NCBI GenBank assembly: GCA_049297695.1
Contig: JBAQUT010000021.1
Span: 583 to 64,582, forward strand
Direction: 5' to 3'
DNA: 64,000 bases
Source: Alphaproteobacteria bacterium
Lineage (GTDB): Bacteria; Pseudomonadota; Alphaproteobacteria; UBA2136; UBA6156
The position numbers were made by a program, and so were the translations under genes. Numbering within the stretch: the first letter of the stretch is position 1; each line of letters opens with the position of its first letter. The notes under the pieces were generated by a model. That model searched no databases. It worked only from the letters and a program-made list of their open reading frames with translations, and was not told the DNA's origin. Of the stretch, positions 46,639-55,962 are shown piece by piece.

Positions 46639-47418
46639 GTGGTTTTGATTGATTCCCACACCCACCTGTTTCATGCCAAGTTTGGAGATGACCCTGCCCG
46701 TACCCCAGGCCAGTTGGTGGATGATGCCGTGGCCGCTGGTGTGGGAGAAGTTATCAACATTGCCTGCCGCCGCGAGGAATGGCCCAGCGCGTTGGCTTTG
46801 GCGGAAACAGACCCCCGTGTGTGGGTGGGGGCAGGGGTGCACCCTCATGATGCCGCCGAAAACCCCACCGAGGCCGAATTGCTGGCCTTAGCCGCCCACC
46901 CCCGCGTGGTGGCGTTGGGCGAAACGGGGTTGGATTACCATTACGATACCGCCCCGCGCGCCGTGCAGCGCACGGTGTTTGAGCGGCACATGGCGGCGGC
47001 CCAGCAAGCGGGTTTGCCCGTGATTATCCATACCCGCGAGGCCGAGGCGGATACGTTGGACGTGTTGAAACTCTTCCCCACCATACCCTTTGTGCTGCAT
47101 TGCTTTACCAGCAGTGCTGCCATGGCGGAAGCGGCGGTGGAGATGGGCGGGTACATCAGTTTTTCAGGCGTTCTCACCTTTAAAAAAAGCGAGGAACTCC
47201 GCCTGATTGCCAGCCGCCTGCCACGGGAGAGGGTGTTGGTGGAAACCGATGCCCCTTACTTGGCGCCAGAGCCTAACCGTGGCCGCAGGTGCAGCCCCGC
47301 CATGGTGGCCCACACGGCAGCCTGTTTGGCCAAGGTGTGGGGCATAAGCGACACCGAAACGGCTCAAATCACCGCCGCCAACACGCGCCGCTTGTTTGGG
47401 CGGATGAACACGGCATAA
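46639..47418 (+). CDS. tatD: TatD-family metal-dependent hydrolase
   Basis: N-terminal LIDSHTHL. TIM-barrel His/Asp/Glu ligands (GETGLDYHY...HCFTSS). Confidence 0.85.
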   Translation: MVLIDSHTHLFHAKFGDDPARTPGQLVDDAVAAGVGEVINIACRREEWPSALALAETDPRVWVGAGVHPHDAAENPTEAELLALAAHPRVVALGETGLDYHYDTAPRAVQRTVFERHMAAAQQAGLPVIIHTREAEADTLDVLKLFPTIPFVLHCFTSSAAMAEAAVEMGGYISFSGVLTFKKSEELRLIASRLPRERVLVETDAPYLAPEPNRGRRCSPAMVAHTAACLAKVWGISDTETAQITAANTRRLFGRMNTA

Positions 47419-47426
47419 TACGCACC

Positions 47427-48491
47427 ATGTCGGCAAAGCCCCCTCTCAACCCACTCTCTATGATTGGCCAGATAGCCAGCGCCGTGGGTGGCACGGTGGG
47501 CGATATTGTGCGCGAAGTGCGGCAGGATTTGCAGGAGATGACGCCGCCGGAATCTTCCAAAGCCCCCAAACCCAGCATTACCCCCCAGCATGTGGGCGGC
47601 AGCGGCGGTATGGCCCATGTGGAGGTAGAGGCTGTGGCCGTGCCCGCCCAACCTGCCGAAGCCGTGGCGGGCACCAAGCAAGTCAACCCGTGGGATGATG
47701 CCTCCAAACCCGGTTTGATGACCGTGGACGCCTGTTTTATGGCGGCAGGCGAGGGGGATGTAACCCGCTATGCCGCCGCGTTGGGGAAAGAGCTGGACAA
47801 GCCGTTCACCTTGCCGCTTGTGGCCGTGGATGCTGGGAAATCCGAAGCCGTGGAAGCCTTAAAAACCGCCATGGCGGCCGACCCCCGCCTGTTCGGTGCC
47901 GTAGGCTTTGGCCCCCGCCATGTGCAAGACGATTTGGACGCGCTGGACGATACCCTGACCACGCTGTTGAACGACAATCCCAAGTTGTTGGCCGTAGGGC
48001 CTGTGGGGCTGGATGAGCCCTACGCCCCGTACACCATCCCCCAGCAAGTGGAGCAATTGGTGCGGCAGTTGGAATTGGCCCATGATTTTGGTTTGCCTGT
48101 GATACTGGCCCATGCCCGTAGCCTTCCCCACATGAAAGCCGTGCTGGAAGGGTTGGAAAACCTGCCCAAATTGATTTGGGCTAACCCTTTGGAAACGGAA
48201 GAAGATATTGCGTTGGTGCGCAAACTGGATGCCTACGTGCTGGTACGCCCCGAGATAACGTATGAAGAACACCGTGTGGCGCGGGAGAATTTGCGGCGGA
48301 TTCTCCCCGAACGTTGGCTGCTGGGCAGCGGCAGCAGTTTGGTAGCCCCCCACGCCCGCAGCGGCCACCCGAATGGGCCCGAAGGCCTTGCCCACACCCT
48401 GAAAACCTTTGCCGCGTTGCTGGACAAACCCGTGGCCGAGGTGCGCACCATGCTGAACGCCAATGCGCGGGCGGTGTTTGTGGGTGTGTAA
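47427..48491 (+). CDS. TatD-related protein with about 110-aa low-complexity N-terminal extension
   Basis: The C-terminal half (LLAVGPVGLDEPYAPY...GLPVILAHARSLP...) resembles a TatD core with substitutions at metal-ligand positions. The N-terminal part is Ala/Pro-rich. Confidence 0.45.
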   Translation: MSAKPPLNPLSMIGQIASAVGGTVGDIVREVRQDLQEMTPPESSKAPKPSITPQHVGGSGGMAHVEVEAVAVPAQPAEAVAGTKQVNPWDDASKPGLMTVDACFMAAGEGDVTRYAAALGKELDKPFTLPLVAVDAGKSEAVEALKTAMAADPRLFGAVGFGPRHVQDDLDALDDTLTTLLNDNPKLLAVGPVGLDEPYAPYTIPQQVEQLVRQLELAHDFGLPVILAHARSLPHMKAVLEGLENLPKLIWANPLETEEDIALVRKLDAYVLVRPEITYEEHRVARENLRRILPERWLLGSGSSLVAPHARSGHPNGPEGLAHTLKTFAALLDKPVAEVRTMLNANARAVFVGV

Positions 48492-48555
48492 CAGCTTCTT
48501 TCAAAAAGTCAGGAAACCCCTTCCCATGTTACCCCTATCTGCCATAAACTAACGT

Positions 48556-49107
48556 ATGGCCCACACCTTACCACCGCTGGAGCAATTGCTGGAACTGGAA
48601 CCCGCCCAGTTTGCGGTGGCCGTGGCTGGGCAACCCGAGGAAGTTAAATCCACCCTGCGGAACGAGCTGGAAAAGCGCTTGGCCGCGGTAGATGCCGCCG
48701 CCTGGGGCACCAGCCGCAACATGCGCGGCCACAAAAACCGTTTTGATACCGCCAAGTTTGATTACACCCGCTTGGAACAAACCCAGCAATGGCTGGCCAG
48801 CCAGTTCCATGAGGCCTTTGCCACGATTTACGAAGATGCCGCCGCCGCCAGCGCCAAATGCTGGGCCTACGAGCAACAGCACGGCGCCGCCCAAACGGGC
48901 CGTATGCTAAAAGACAACCCCGCCCTGTTTGGGGCCTTGCGCGGTTGGAGTTTGGCCGCCTACCAATCCCCCGCCCGCGTGGCAGCCGTGCACCACGCCG
49001 CACGGTTTGATTTCGCCGCCTACCGTTTGGTGTTCAATTTGGCGTCCGAAACTGGTAAATCTCTCCTGAACGCCCTCAAGGAGACGGCCCGTGTCGCAAA
49101 TGCTTGA
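48556..49107 (+). CDS. Hypothetical protein, first gene of a traC-traD-traG-like cluster
   Basis: 183 aa. Helical. No catalytic motifs. Stop overlaps the start of the next gene. Confidence 0.4.
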   Translation: MAHTLPPLEQLLELEPAQFAVAVAGQPEEVKSTLRNELEKRLAAVDAAAWGTSRNMRGHKNRFDTAKFDYTRLEQTQQWLASQFHEAFATIYEDAAAASAKCWAYEQQHGAAQTGRMLKDNPALFGALRGWSLAAYQSPARVAAVHHAARFDFAAYRLVFNLASETGKSLLNALKETARVANA

Positions 49108-49396
49108 CCAACTGTTGAAAGACTCCGGCGTGGGGTCTCTCGACGAGTTGAAAGACAGGCTGAAAAGCGGAACCTCTCAAAGCACGGCCTTGCTGCAAGC
49201 GATTGAACAAATAGTAGATGCCGATGCCGATACGGGCGAACTGTTCAACACGTTACCCTTGATGGCGAGCGATATCAGTGAGGAGCGTAAGCAAAAAGAA
49301 ACCCAGAAAAAGCTCATTGAAATGAGCCGTGTTCCTGGCTTGTCGGCTGAAAAAGAAACCGAGAAAAATTGGCCTACACCAGATTTTAAACGGTAA
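49091..49396 (+). CDS. Hypothetical acidic protein, second gene of the cluster
   Basis: 101 aa. Acidic and helical. Confidence 0.4.
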   Translation: MSQMLDQLLKDSGVGSLDELKDRLKSGTSQSTALLQAIEQIVDADADTGELFNTLPLMASDISEERKQKETQKKLIEMSRVPGLSAEKETEKNWPTPDFKR

Positions 49397-49488
49397 TCAT
49401 TACGGTAGGCTGGCGCCTCCGCCACAATCCTAACCGTCACTTTCAAGGTACGTGTTCAAGTAAGCCTTGGGTGTGGTAGGATGCGGAC

Positions 49489-51081
49489 ATGAGTTTCTTC
49501 ACCAAACTGAAATGGGTAACCTACTTTCTGCTGGCGGCGCTGGTGCTGTGGGGGGTGTTGAGCGTGCCGTGGGATACCGTGTTCCCCGCCGTAGTGCGGC
49601 TGATTGCTATAGCTTTGGTAGGGTATGTTGTATATCGTTTGGGGTATTGGGTGTGGGAGCGTAACCTGAAAAGTTACCACCACCAAATGCGCAACCTGCA
49701 AAGCATGCAGGGGAAGGGGAGTCTTTCCCATGGTTCGGCCGGCTTTGCCAGCACCGCCGACTTGAAAAAGGCCGGGATGATGGGCGATAAAGGAGTGATT
49801 GTCGGGAAGTTTAACGACAAGTTTTTACGCTTTGATAAAATGGGCCACCTGATTACCTTTGCTCCAACCCGTTCGGGTAAAGGTGTGGGGCATGTGGTTC
49901 CCAATGCGCTCACGTGGCCGGGTAGTTTGTTTGTGAACGACATTAAAGGCGAAGCCTTTGCCATTACGGCCCGCCACCGCAAACAGTTTAGCAAGGTTTA
50001 TAAATTTGCACCATTTGATGATGACAGCCATTGCTTTAACCCGATTGATTTCATCCGCGTGAACACTGACAACGAGTTGGATGATGCCAAGCTAATTGCC
50101 AGCATGATGATTTTAGAAGACAACGCCAACGACCCCTTTTGGAGCCGTGAAGCCCAAAGCTGGATTGAAGGGTTGCTGTTGTACGTAGCCCATGAAAGTC
50201 CTCCGCCGTTACGGAACCTGAGTGAAGTACGGTATCTGATTATGCAAACCCGCCGCGATTGGGAACTGATGGTGGAAGATATGTTGCGGTGTAAAAACCC
50301 TTGGATTAAGCGCATTGCCGCCAGTATTACCGCCACCGAGCCGAAGGTGGCCGCGAGTATATTATCCACCGCCAAAAGCCAAACGGCCATTTGGGATTCC
50401 CCAAAATTGGCGAAGGTAACAAGCAAAAGCGATTTTAAGTTTGAGGACATGAAGACGGATAATGTGAGCATTTATGTTGTGATTCCGCCCGAATCGTTGA
50501 CCGTATATGCCCCCATGGTACGGTTGATGATCGGGATGGCGGTCAAGGCCATGACCCGTAGCCAAGGGGCACCGAAGGAACGTATTTTGTTTCTCATTGA
50601 CGAGTTCCCCGCCCTGAAATACATGGCCCCCATTGAAGAAGCCGTGGGCTTTTTGGCCGGCTACGGCATTCATATTTGGATGTTCATTCAAGACTTATCC
50701 CAAATCAAAGACCTGTATGATAGGTGGGAAACCTTCATTTCCAACTGTTCCGTACGCATGGCCTTTGGTACCAACGATGTGGAAACCGCCAAAACACTTT
50801 CCGACATGTTGGGCACCACCACCATCACGGTTACGGGTACGGGCACCACGGAAGGCAGCAAGATTGATAAGCTGAAAATTTGGAACAAGATGCTGGGCGG
50901 GGGAACCAACATCAACAAAAGCGAAACCAGCCGCGCCTTGATGACGCCCGATGAAGTGATGCGCCTACCGTTTGATAGCCAGCTTATCTTCGTGCAAGGC
51001 ACCAAGCCCGTGGTGGCCGAGAAAATCCGTTACTACGAAGACCCGTTCTTCAAAGGCAAGTTTGATGTGTGGGGCGGATAA
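49489..51081 (+). CDS. traG: Type IV secretion coupling protein (TraG/VirD4/TrwB family)
   Basis: Two N-terminal TM helices. Walker A ITFAPTRSGKGVG. Walker B-like LFLIDEFPAL. Only 530 aa, shorter than typical VirD4 proteins. Confidence 0.8.
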   Translation: MSFFTKLKWVTYFLLAALVLWGVLSVPWDTVFPAVVRLIAIALVGYVVYRLGYWVWERNLKSYHHQMRNLQSMQGKGSLSHGSAGFASTADLKKAGMMGDKGVIVGKFNDKFLRFDKMGHLITFAPTRSGKGVGHVVPNALTWPGSLFVNDIKGEAFAITARHRKQFSKVYKFAPFDDDSHCFNPIDFIRVNTDNELDDAKLIASMMILEDNANDPFWSREAQSWIEGLLLYVAHESPPPLRNLSEVRYLIMQTRRDWELMVEDMLRCKNPWIKRIAASITATEPKVAASILSTAKSQTAIWDSPKLAKVTSKSDFKFEDMKTDNVSIYVVIPPESLTVYAPMVRLMIGMAVKAMTRSQGAPKERILFLIDEFPALKYMAPIEEAVGFLAGYGIHIWMFIQDLSQIKDLYDRWETFISNCSVRMAFGTNDVETAKTLSDMLGTTTITVTGTGTTEGSKIDKLKIWNKMLGGGTNINKSETSRALMTPDEVMRLPFDSQLIFVQGTKPVVAEKIRYYEDPFFKGKFDVWGG

Positions 51082-51203
51082 TTTGAGTTTCGTAAGATAG
51101 GTATGAATGTTGAATTATTACAAATATTTACGACGGAGTATCTCTCGTGCCTTTGTCATCCCAGCGTAGGCTGGGATCTTCTCAAAGTTAATAAAGTAAA
51201 GCG

Positions 51204-53777
51204 CTAAACCCGCTTCCGCCGCCGTACCAACCACCACCCCAACCCCGCCAGAAAAGGCATGCACAGGGCAGTAAACACCAGTAAAACGCGCTCCACCATC
51301 AGCACATCGCGGCGCAGGGCCTTGCGCACATCCCGCAGTTGGTTGCGCAGGTGCAGGTTGCGGGCCTTGTAGGCGCGCAGTTCGGTTTGGGCCACGGTGC
51401 TCAAGGTTTGGGTGCCATCGCCCGCTTGTTTCGTTTTCAACTCGTCCAGCTTTTGGCCCACACGGTATAGGTCGGCCGCCATACGGTTTTCAATCCCCGC
51501 GTAACGGTTGGAAAGGCGGGCCAGCATGGCCTCCACCGCCGTAAAGGTGCGGGGTACGGCGGCTTTGCCCCGCAGGCTGAGCAATTGGCCTTCGCCCGCC
51601 AAGTATTGCAAAGCGTTGAAGAAGAACACCAGATTGTCGTTGGTGGGCTCCAGCTCGCCTTCCACCCGCCCGCTGGGGCGTACGGTAAAGGCGGGGTCGA
51701 GCAAATCGTTGTCGGCAATTACGAGGATTGCACCTTCGGAAGTACCACGGACCGAGTGGGGAGGAATGGCGGCAGGTTGGCCAACAGGGGCGTAATCGGC
51801 GTAGTAGTTGGCAACCGCAGGAGGCACGCTAGCAAACAGGCTGGGGAAATTCCCTGCCAGCAACACGCTAAGCGTGTAACGCTGGGGCGTGCCTTGGGCG
51901 GCGCTGCCGTACAGTTGGGGGTCGGTGCTATCCACTAAAGTTCGGCTTACCAGTTGGGCGTTGGCGCTGGTGGAAAGAACAGGCGTTGCCGTAAGCCCCG
52001 GTGCCAGCGTGCCAACCTCAACATGCCCTGCTTCGGCCAGTTGAAGGGTTTCCACATAGCTGGTGAACGGCAGGTTGCTGTTAATGTCTTGCGGCGTCAG
52101 GTTCAGCCACAACGGGTAGGTGCGGAAGCCAACTTTGGGTTCGTTCACGGTGGAAGCCCGGGCCGTATCCGCCACAATACTCATGCCATCGTAGGTTAAG
52201 CCCCAACCGTTCAACAGGTCGGCAGGGTGGTCTAGGGCGAAGGCGTCGGCGTTGCGGTCGGGGGTTTTCAGGTCGTCGGTGGGGGCGGTGCGGAAGTAAG
52301 GGTCCATCAGCAGCATCACGCGCCCGCCGTTCACCACGTATTGGTCTATGGCATAAAGGCTTTCTTGGGGCAGGTACGGGGCCATCATTACCACCAGAAC
52401 ATCGGTGTCGGGGGGTATCACAGGGTTGCCGGGCAACAAGGTGGTTACGTTGTAGTAACCTTCCAGCTCGTTCAGCCACGTGGGGCGCAGGTCTCGCATC
52501 CGCAGGTTGGGCACGGCCAGCACGGCAATGTTTTTTTGACCCAGTTTTTGCACCTCGGCCACCAAACTCATCAGGTCAAATTCCACGTAGGGCAGGCGGC
52601 TGGGCTCCAACACGGGTATCAGGGCTTTGCGGCCATTCATCTCGGCCACCAAACCCAAGTAAAACCCTTGGCCGTTGGGCAGTTCCTGTTCGGTAAGCCC
52701 GGCGTCTTGGGCTTCCACTTCATCGTCCACGCGCACATCGGGGTTAATGCGCAGCACGTTCACCATGGAAGGATTCAAAGCCTTCACCTCCCGCAACACA
52801 TCGTTCAACCGCCGTGCCGTAATGCGGCTGGCGGTGGGCATATCCGGGTTGGTGCGGCTATCATACACCGTGAAGGTAAGGGGCTTGGGCAAGGTTTGTA
52901 TCAGGCTGCGGCTGGCGGGCGAAAGGGTAAACTGGTTCTCGTACGTCCAATCCCACCGCAAGGGCACCACGCTGCCCGCACCCGCAACCACCAAGGCCGC
53001 AAGCAACCCACCCAACACCCATGGCAACGGCTTACCACGGCCCGTGCGGTGCATCAACACCGCTGTTTGCAAGGCCAAAGCCAGCAGCATAAGCCCCAGC
53101 AAGTAGGTTACGCTGCGCATATCCACCTGCCCTTGCACAAAGCGCCGTAAGTGTTCCAACACGCTGACTTCCCGCAACCCCGCCACCACAAAACCGGGCA
53201 ACCAACGCTCCAAACCATCCAACACCCACCCCCAGCCGGATAGCAACACAAACACCAACAGCACCCCACCCCCCGCAAATGCCACCACGGCGTGGTTGGC
53301 CAAGGCACTGGCCACAAGGGCAAAGCCTAGCAGAACACCCCCTAACAAAAACACACCCACATATCCCGCAGCCACCATGCCCCAATCCGGGTTGCCCAGC
53401 CATGCCACGGCAGCGAGCAAAGGCCATGTGCCCACCAAAAATACTCCCACTAACCCCCATGCCACCACAAAACGGGTTAGCACCAGCTGGGTAATGCTTA
53501 ACGGTAAGGTCAGCAACCGCTCGGCCGTGCCGCGCCGCCAGTCTTCTGCCCACAAGCCCATGCACAGGGCGGGCAACACCAAGGCATACACCCAGGGCAT
53601 GTAGCCTAAAAAAACCTCCATGCTGGCGCGGTTGGTCGAGAAAAACCCACCCACCTCAAACCCCAAAACAGCCACCAAAGCCCATGCAAAACCCACAAAT
53701 AAAACGGTGGCCGGGTTGGCCAGCCATACCCGCACTTCATGGCGCGCAAAGGGGAGGGAAAAATACCGTTGAAACAT
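51204..53777 (-). CDS. ABC-2 type permease fused to a GldG-like auxiliary domain (ABC-type uncharacterized transport system)
   Basis: 857 aa. N-terminal 6-TM permease. Large extracytoplasmic GldG-like domain. C-terminal TM anchor (LVFTALCMPFLAGLGWWLV). Confidence 0.65.
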   Translation of the reverse strand: MFQRYFSLPFARHEVRVWLANPATVLFVGFAWALVAVLGFEVGGFFSTNRASMEVFLGYMPWVYALVLPALCMGLWAEDWRRGTAERLLTLPLSITQLVLTRFVVAWGLVGVFLVGTWPLLAAVAWLGNPDWGMVAAGYVGVFLLGGVLLGFALVASALANHAVVAFAGGGVLLVFVLLSGWGWVLDGLERWLPGFVVAGLREVSVLEHLRRFVQGQVDMRSVTYLLGLMLLALALQTAVLMHRTGRGKPLPWVLGGLLAALVVAGAGSVVPLRWDWTYENQFTLSPASRSLIQTLPKPLTFTVYDSRTNPDMPTASRITARRLNDVLREVKALNPSMVNVLRINPDVRVDDEVEAQDAGLTEQELPNGQGFYLGLVAEMNGRKALIPVLEPSRLPYVEFDLMSLVAEVQKLGQKNIAVLAVPNLRMRDLRPTWLNELEGYYNVTTLLPGNPVIPPDTDVLVVMMAPYLPQESLYAIDQYVVNGGRVMLLMDPYFRTAPTDDLKTPDRNADAFALDHPADLLNGWGLTYDGMSIVADTARASTVNEPKVGFRTYPLWLNLTPQDINSNLPFTSYVETLQLAEAGHVEVGTLAPGLTATPVLSTSANAQLVSRTLVDSTDPQLYGSAAQGTPQRYTLSVLLAGNFPSLFASVPPAVANYYADYAPVGQPAAIPPHSVRGTSEGAILVIADNDLLDPAFTVRPSGRVEGELEPTNDNLVFFFNALQYLAGEGQLLSLRGKAAVPRTFTAVEAMLARLSNRYAGIENRMAADLYRVGQKLDELKTKQAGDGTQTLSTVAQTELRAYKARNLHLRNQLRDVRKALRRDVLMVERVLLVFTALCMPFLAGLGWWLVRRRKRV

Positions 53778-53808
53778 GGGTGTACTTTACCCCATAGTCA
53801 TGACGCCG

Positions 53809-54237
53809 TTAATGCATCATGCCAGACTTACCAGCAGGATTCTTCCAATCACCTAGTTTAAAAGGTTTTAAACGGAGTTCTGGGGTATTGGAAATTGTTT
53901 TGCTTGCCATGTTTATATCTTCAACCGTTGGCTTCACGCCAAGCTCGTAAGCAATAATAATTGATATCTCATGAGTAAGAACTTCAATATCTTTATGAAT
54001 TGTACCCTTGGGTAAAAGGTTAAAAACATTCCGGTTAATAATGAGATAAGCAAAAACAAGATGCTCAGCTTGGGTTTGTGAAATTGTTTTATGGGTTAGT
54101 TCGGATTGTAAACGTTGAAAGAGTTCTTTGAAACCTTGGTTGGCGTGAAGTAATTCTGTAAGCTCATACTTATCAATCACGTAAGCCGGTTCTTGCGGTT
54201 GCTTTAAAGCCGTTGCGCGGCGTGCTTTGCGGCTCAT
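53809..54237 (-). CDS. AT-rich hypothetical protein (downstream gene of the pair)
   Basis: 142 aa. Start overlaps the stop of the upstream gene (atga, 4 nt). Low GC. Confidence 0.45.
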   Translation of the reverse strand: MSRKARRATALKQPQEPAYVIDKYELTELLHANQGFKELFQRLQSELTHKTISQTQAEHLVFAYLIINRNVFNLLPKGTIHKDIEVLTHEISIIIAYELGVKPTVEDINMASKTISNTPELRLKPFKLGDWKNPAGKSGMMH

Positions 54238-54866
54238 GTGCGGTCTTCAAACGAGTAACGTTTTCCAGCCAAACGTTTCTGTTCGGCCCATGGGTCTTCG
54301 TGTTCAGGTTCGTTCCATGTTTCTCCACGAAAATCGTTATCCATAATGCATTTAGGGTCGTAATATTTAGTAACGCTGGGGATTGTAGGAACGAGAGGAG
54401 TAGCAAGTTCCAATACAGATAAATCTGCTACGAATTCGTTCTCACGACCCTCCATCCACGGTGGTATCGTATCGTCAGGAATTCGCTTGATACATCCATC
54501 AGCTAAGGGTTTTGCTGTGTGTGGACGGAGTTGGTCGTGCAAGTCAATCGTCATATCGTAAACATTTTGAATTCGGGATTGAATCTCGAGAAGAACAGAG
54601 CGCAAACCTTGAAAGTTATAAAGTTGGCGGACTTGTAAAATGTTCATTCCATATTTTTCGGCAAGCGGAACAAGACGGTAAACAGAACCGCGCGCATGGG
54701 GCGATAACGAATAAGCTGAACATGAAAGGGCTGTATAAGTTGAAAGTTCGGTTTTTAAAGATTCTAACTGCTGAAGATCCATTTCATGCTGGGTTGCCGC
54801 AGCACGCATGCGGTTTGTCCAATTTAGGTTTTCAGGAAGGCGTTCCAGTTTGCGACGATAGGACAT
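54234..54866 (-). CDS. AT-rich hypothetical protein (upstream gene of the pair)
   Basis: 210 aa. Low GC. No recognisable motifs. Confidence 0.45.
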   Translation of the reverse strand: MSYRRKLERLPENLNWTNRMRAAATQHEMDLQQLESLKTELSTYTALSCSAYSLSPHARGSVYRLVPLAEKYGMNILQVRQLYNFQGLRSVLLEIQSRIQNVYDMTIDLHDQLRPHTAKPLADGCIKRIPDDTIPPWMEGRENEFVADLSVLELATPLVPTIPSVTKYYDPKCIMDNDFRGETWNEPEHEDPWAEQKRLAGKRYSFEDRT

Positions 54867-54943
54867 AACATCACTCCTTGTATACGTTGTACTTATCCTA
54901 TCCCGCCCATCCCCGCAACAAAAAACCGCCCGAAGGCGGCATT

Positions 54944-55597
54944 TCAGTTCAAGGTACCCAAGGCGCCCAAACGGATGCTGGCGCGTTGACGCATATCCGC
55001 TGGGATGTTGGGCAGGGCGAGAATCTGTTCCGTGGTCGTGCGGGCGGTGGCGGTATCACCCTCGGTGGCGGCCAAGGTGGCCAAAAGCTCCAGCGCCAAG
55101 GGGTAAAACGGGTTGTTAGGCGTGGCCAGGGCCGTGGCATCGGCGCGGGCGGCGGCGGGGTCGGTGCCCATCAGGGCCACGGCACGGTTCAGGCGGGCCA
55201 AACTTGCTAGCCACGTGGGGGCGCTGCCATTGTCGGTAATCTGGGTGTAGGCGGTGCGGGCCTTCTCAAGGGCAGGGGGGGTAGCGGCCAAGGCATCACG
55301 GGCTTGCTCGCTGCGGGCAAGGGCTTGAAAGCCTGTGCTGCCTTGGGCGGCCACTGTTTCCAGCACCACGGCACGGGCAGCGGCATCTTTGTTGCCCAAA
55401 CTGTTCCATTGCTCGGCCACCTGCTGGGCCACGCGGTGTTGGTACGCCTGCCAGCCTTGGTTGGCGGCCACGGCTAACACCAAACCCGCCACACCACTCA
55501 ATATGTAAACCTTGTAGGTGCGCCACAGGTTGATAATCCGCTCTTCGTGCAGGGCGTCGTCCACTTCTTTCAAAAACGTTTGGGTAATATCGCTCAT
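54944..55597 (-). CDS. TPR-like membrane-anchored protein (YfgM/UPF0070-like)
   Basis: Start at MSDITQ. One N-terminal TM helix (VYILSGVAGLVLAVAA) followed by an Ala-rich helical-repeat domain. Confidence 0.5.
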   Translation of the reverse strand: MSDITQTFLKEVDDALHEERIINLWRTYKVYILSGVAGLVLAVAANQGWQAYQHRVAQQVAEQWNSLGNKDAAARAVVLETVAAQGSTGFQALARSEQARDALAATPPALEKARTAYTQITDNGSAPTWLASLARLNRAVALMGTDPAAARADATALATPNNPFYPLALELLATLAATEGDTATARTTTEQILALPNIPADMRQRASIRLGALGTLN

Positions 55598-55962
55598 GGC
55601 CACCTTTATACACATGGGGGGCAGGGGGTGGATAGCCCGCTGCTGAAACCACAGGCGGGAAAATCATACAGAGATGTTACGGCATAAAAAAACCCCGTAG
55701 GGGAGATGTGCTGGGGGGGCCAACACACCTCCCCCGTTTCGGGGGGCACTGCGGGGGCGTACCCCCCGATTCGTACCTCTCCCCCCACGCAAAACTGGAC
55801 GGGAGGAGAGGCGGAGCGCCGAAGCGCCCCTTCCAACGGAAACATACAGGTTTGCACCTGCACATTCCCTTTGGAAGGGGCGCACAGGCACCTTAGAGAA
55901 GAGTGTTATATGTCGTGTATACTTATATGTCAAGAGTTGTATATAAAATAATTAAAAACAGA

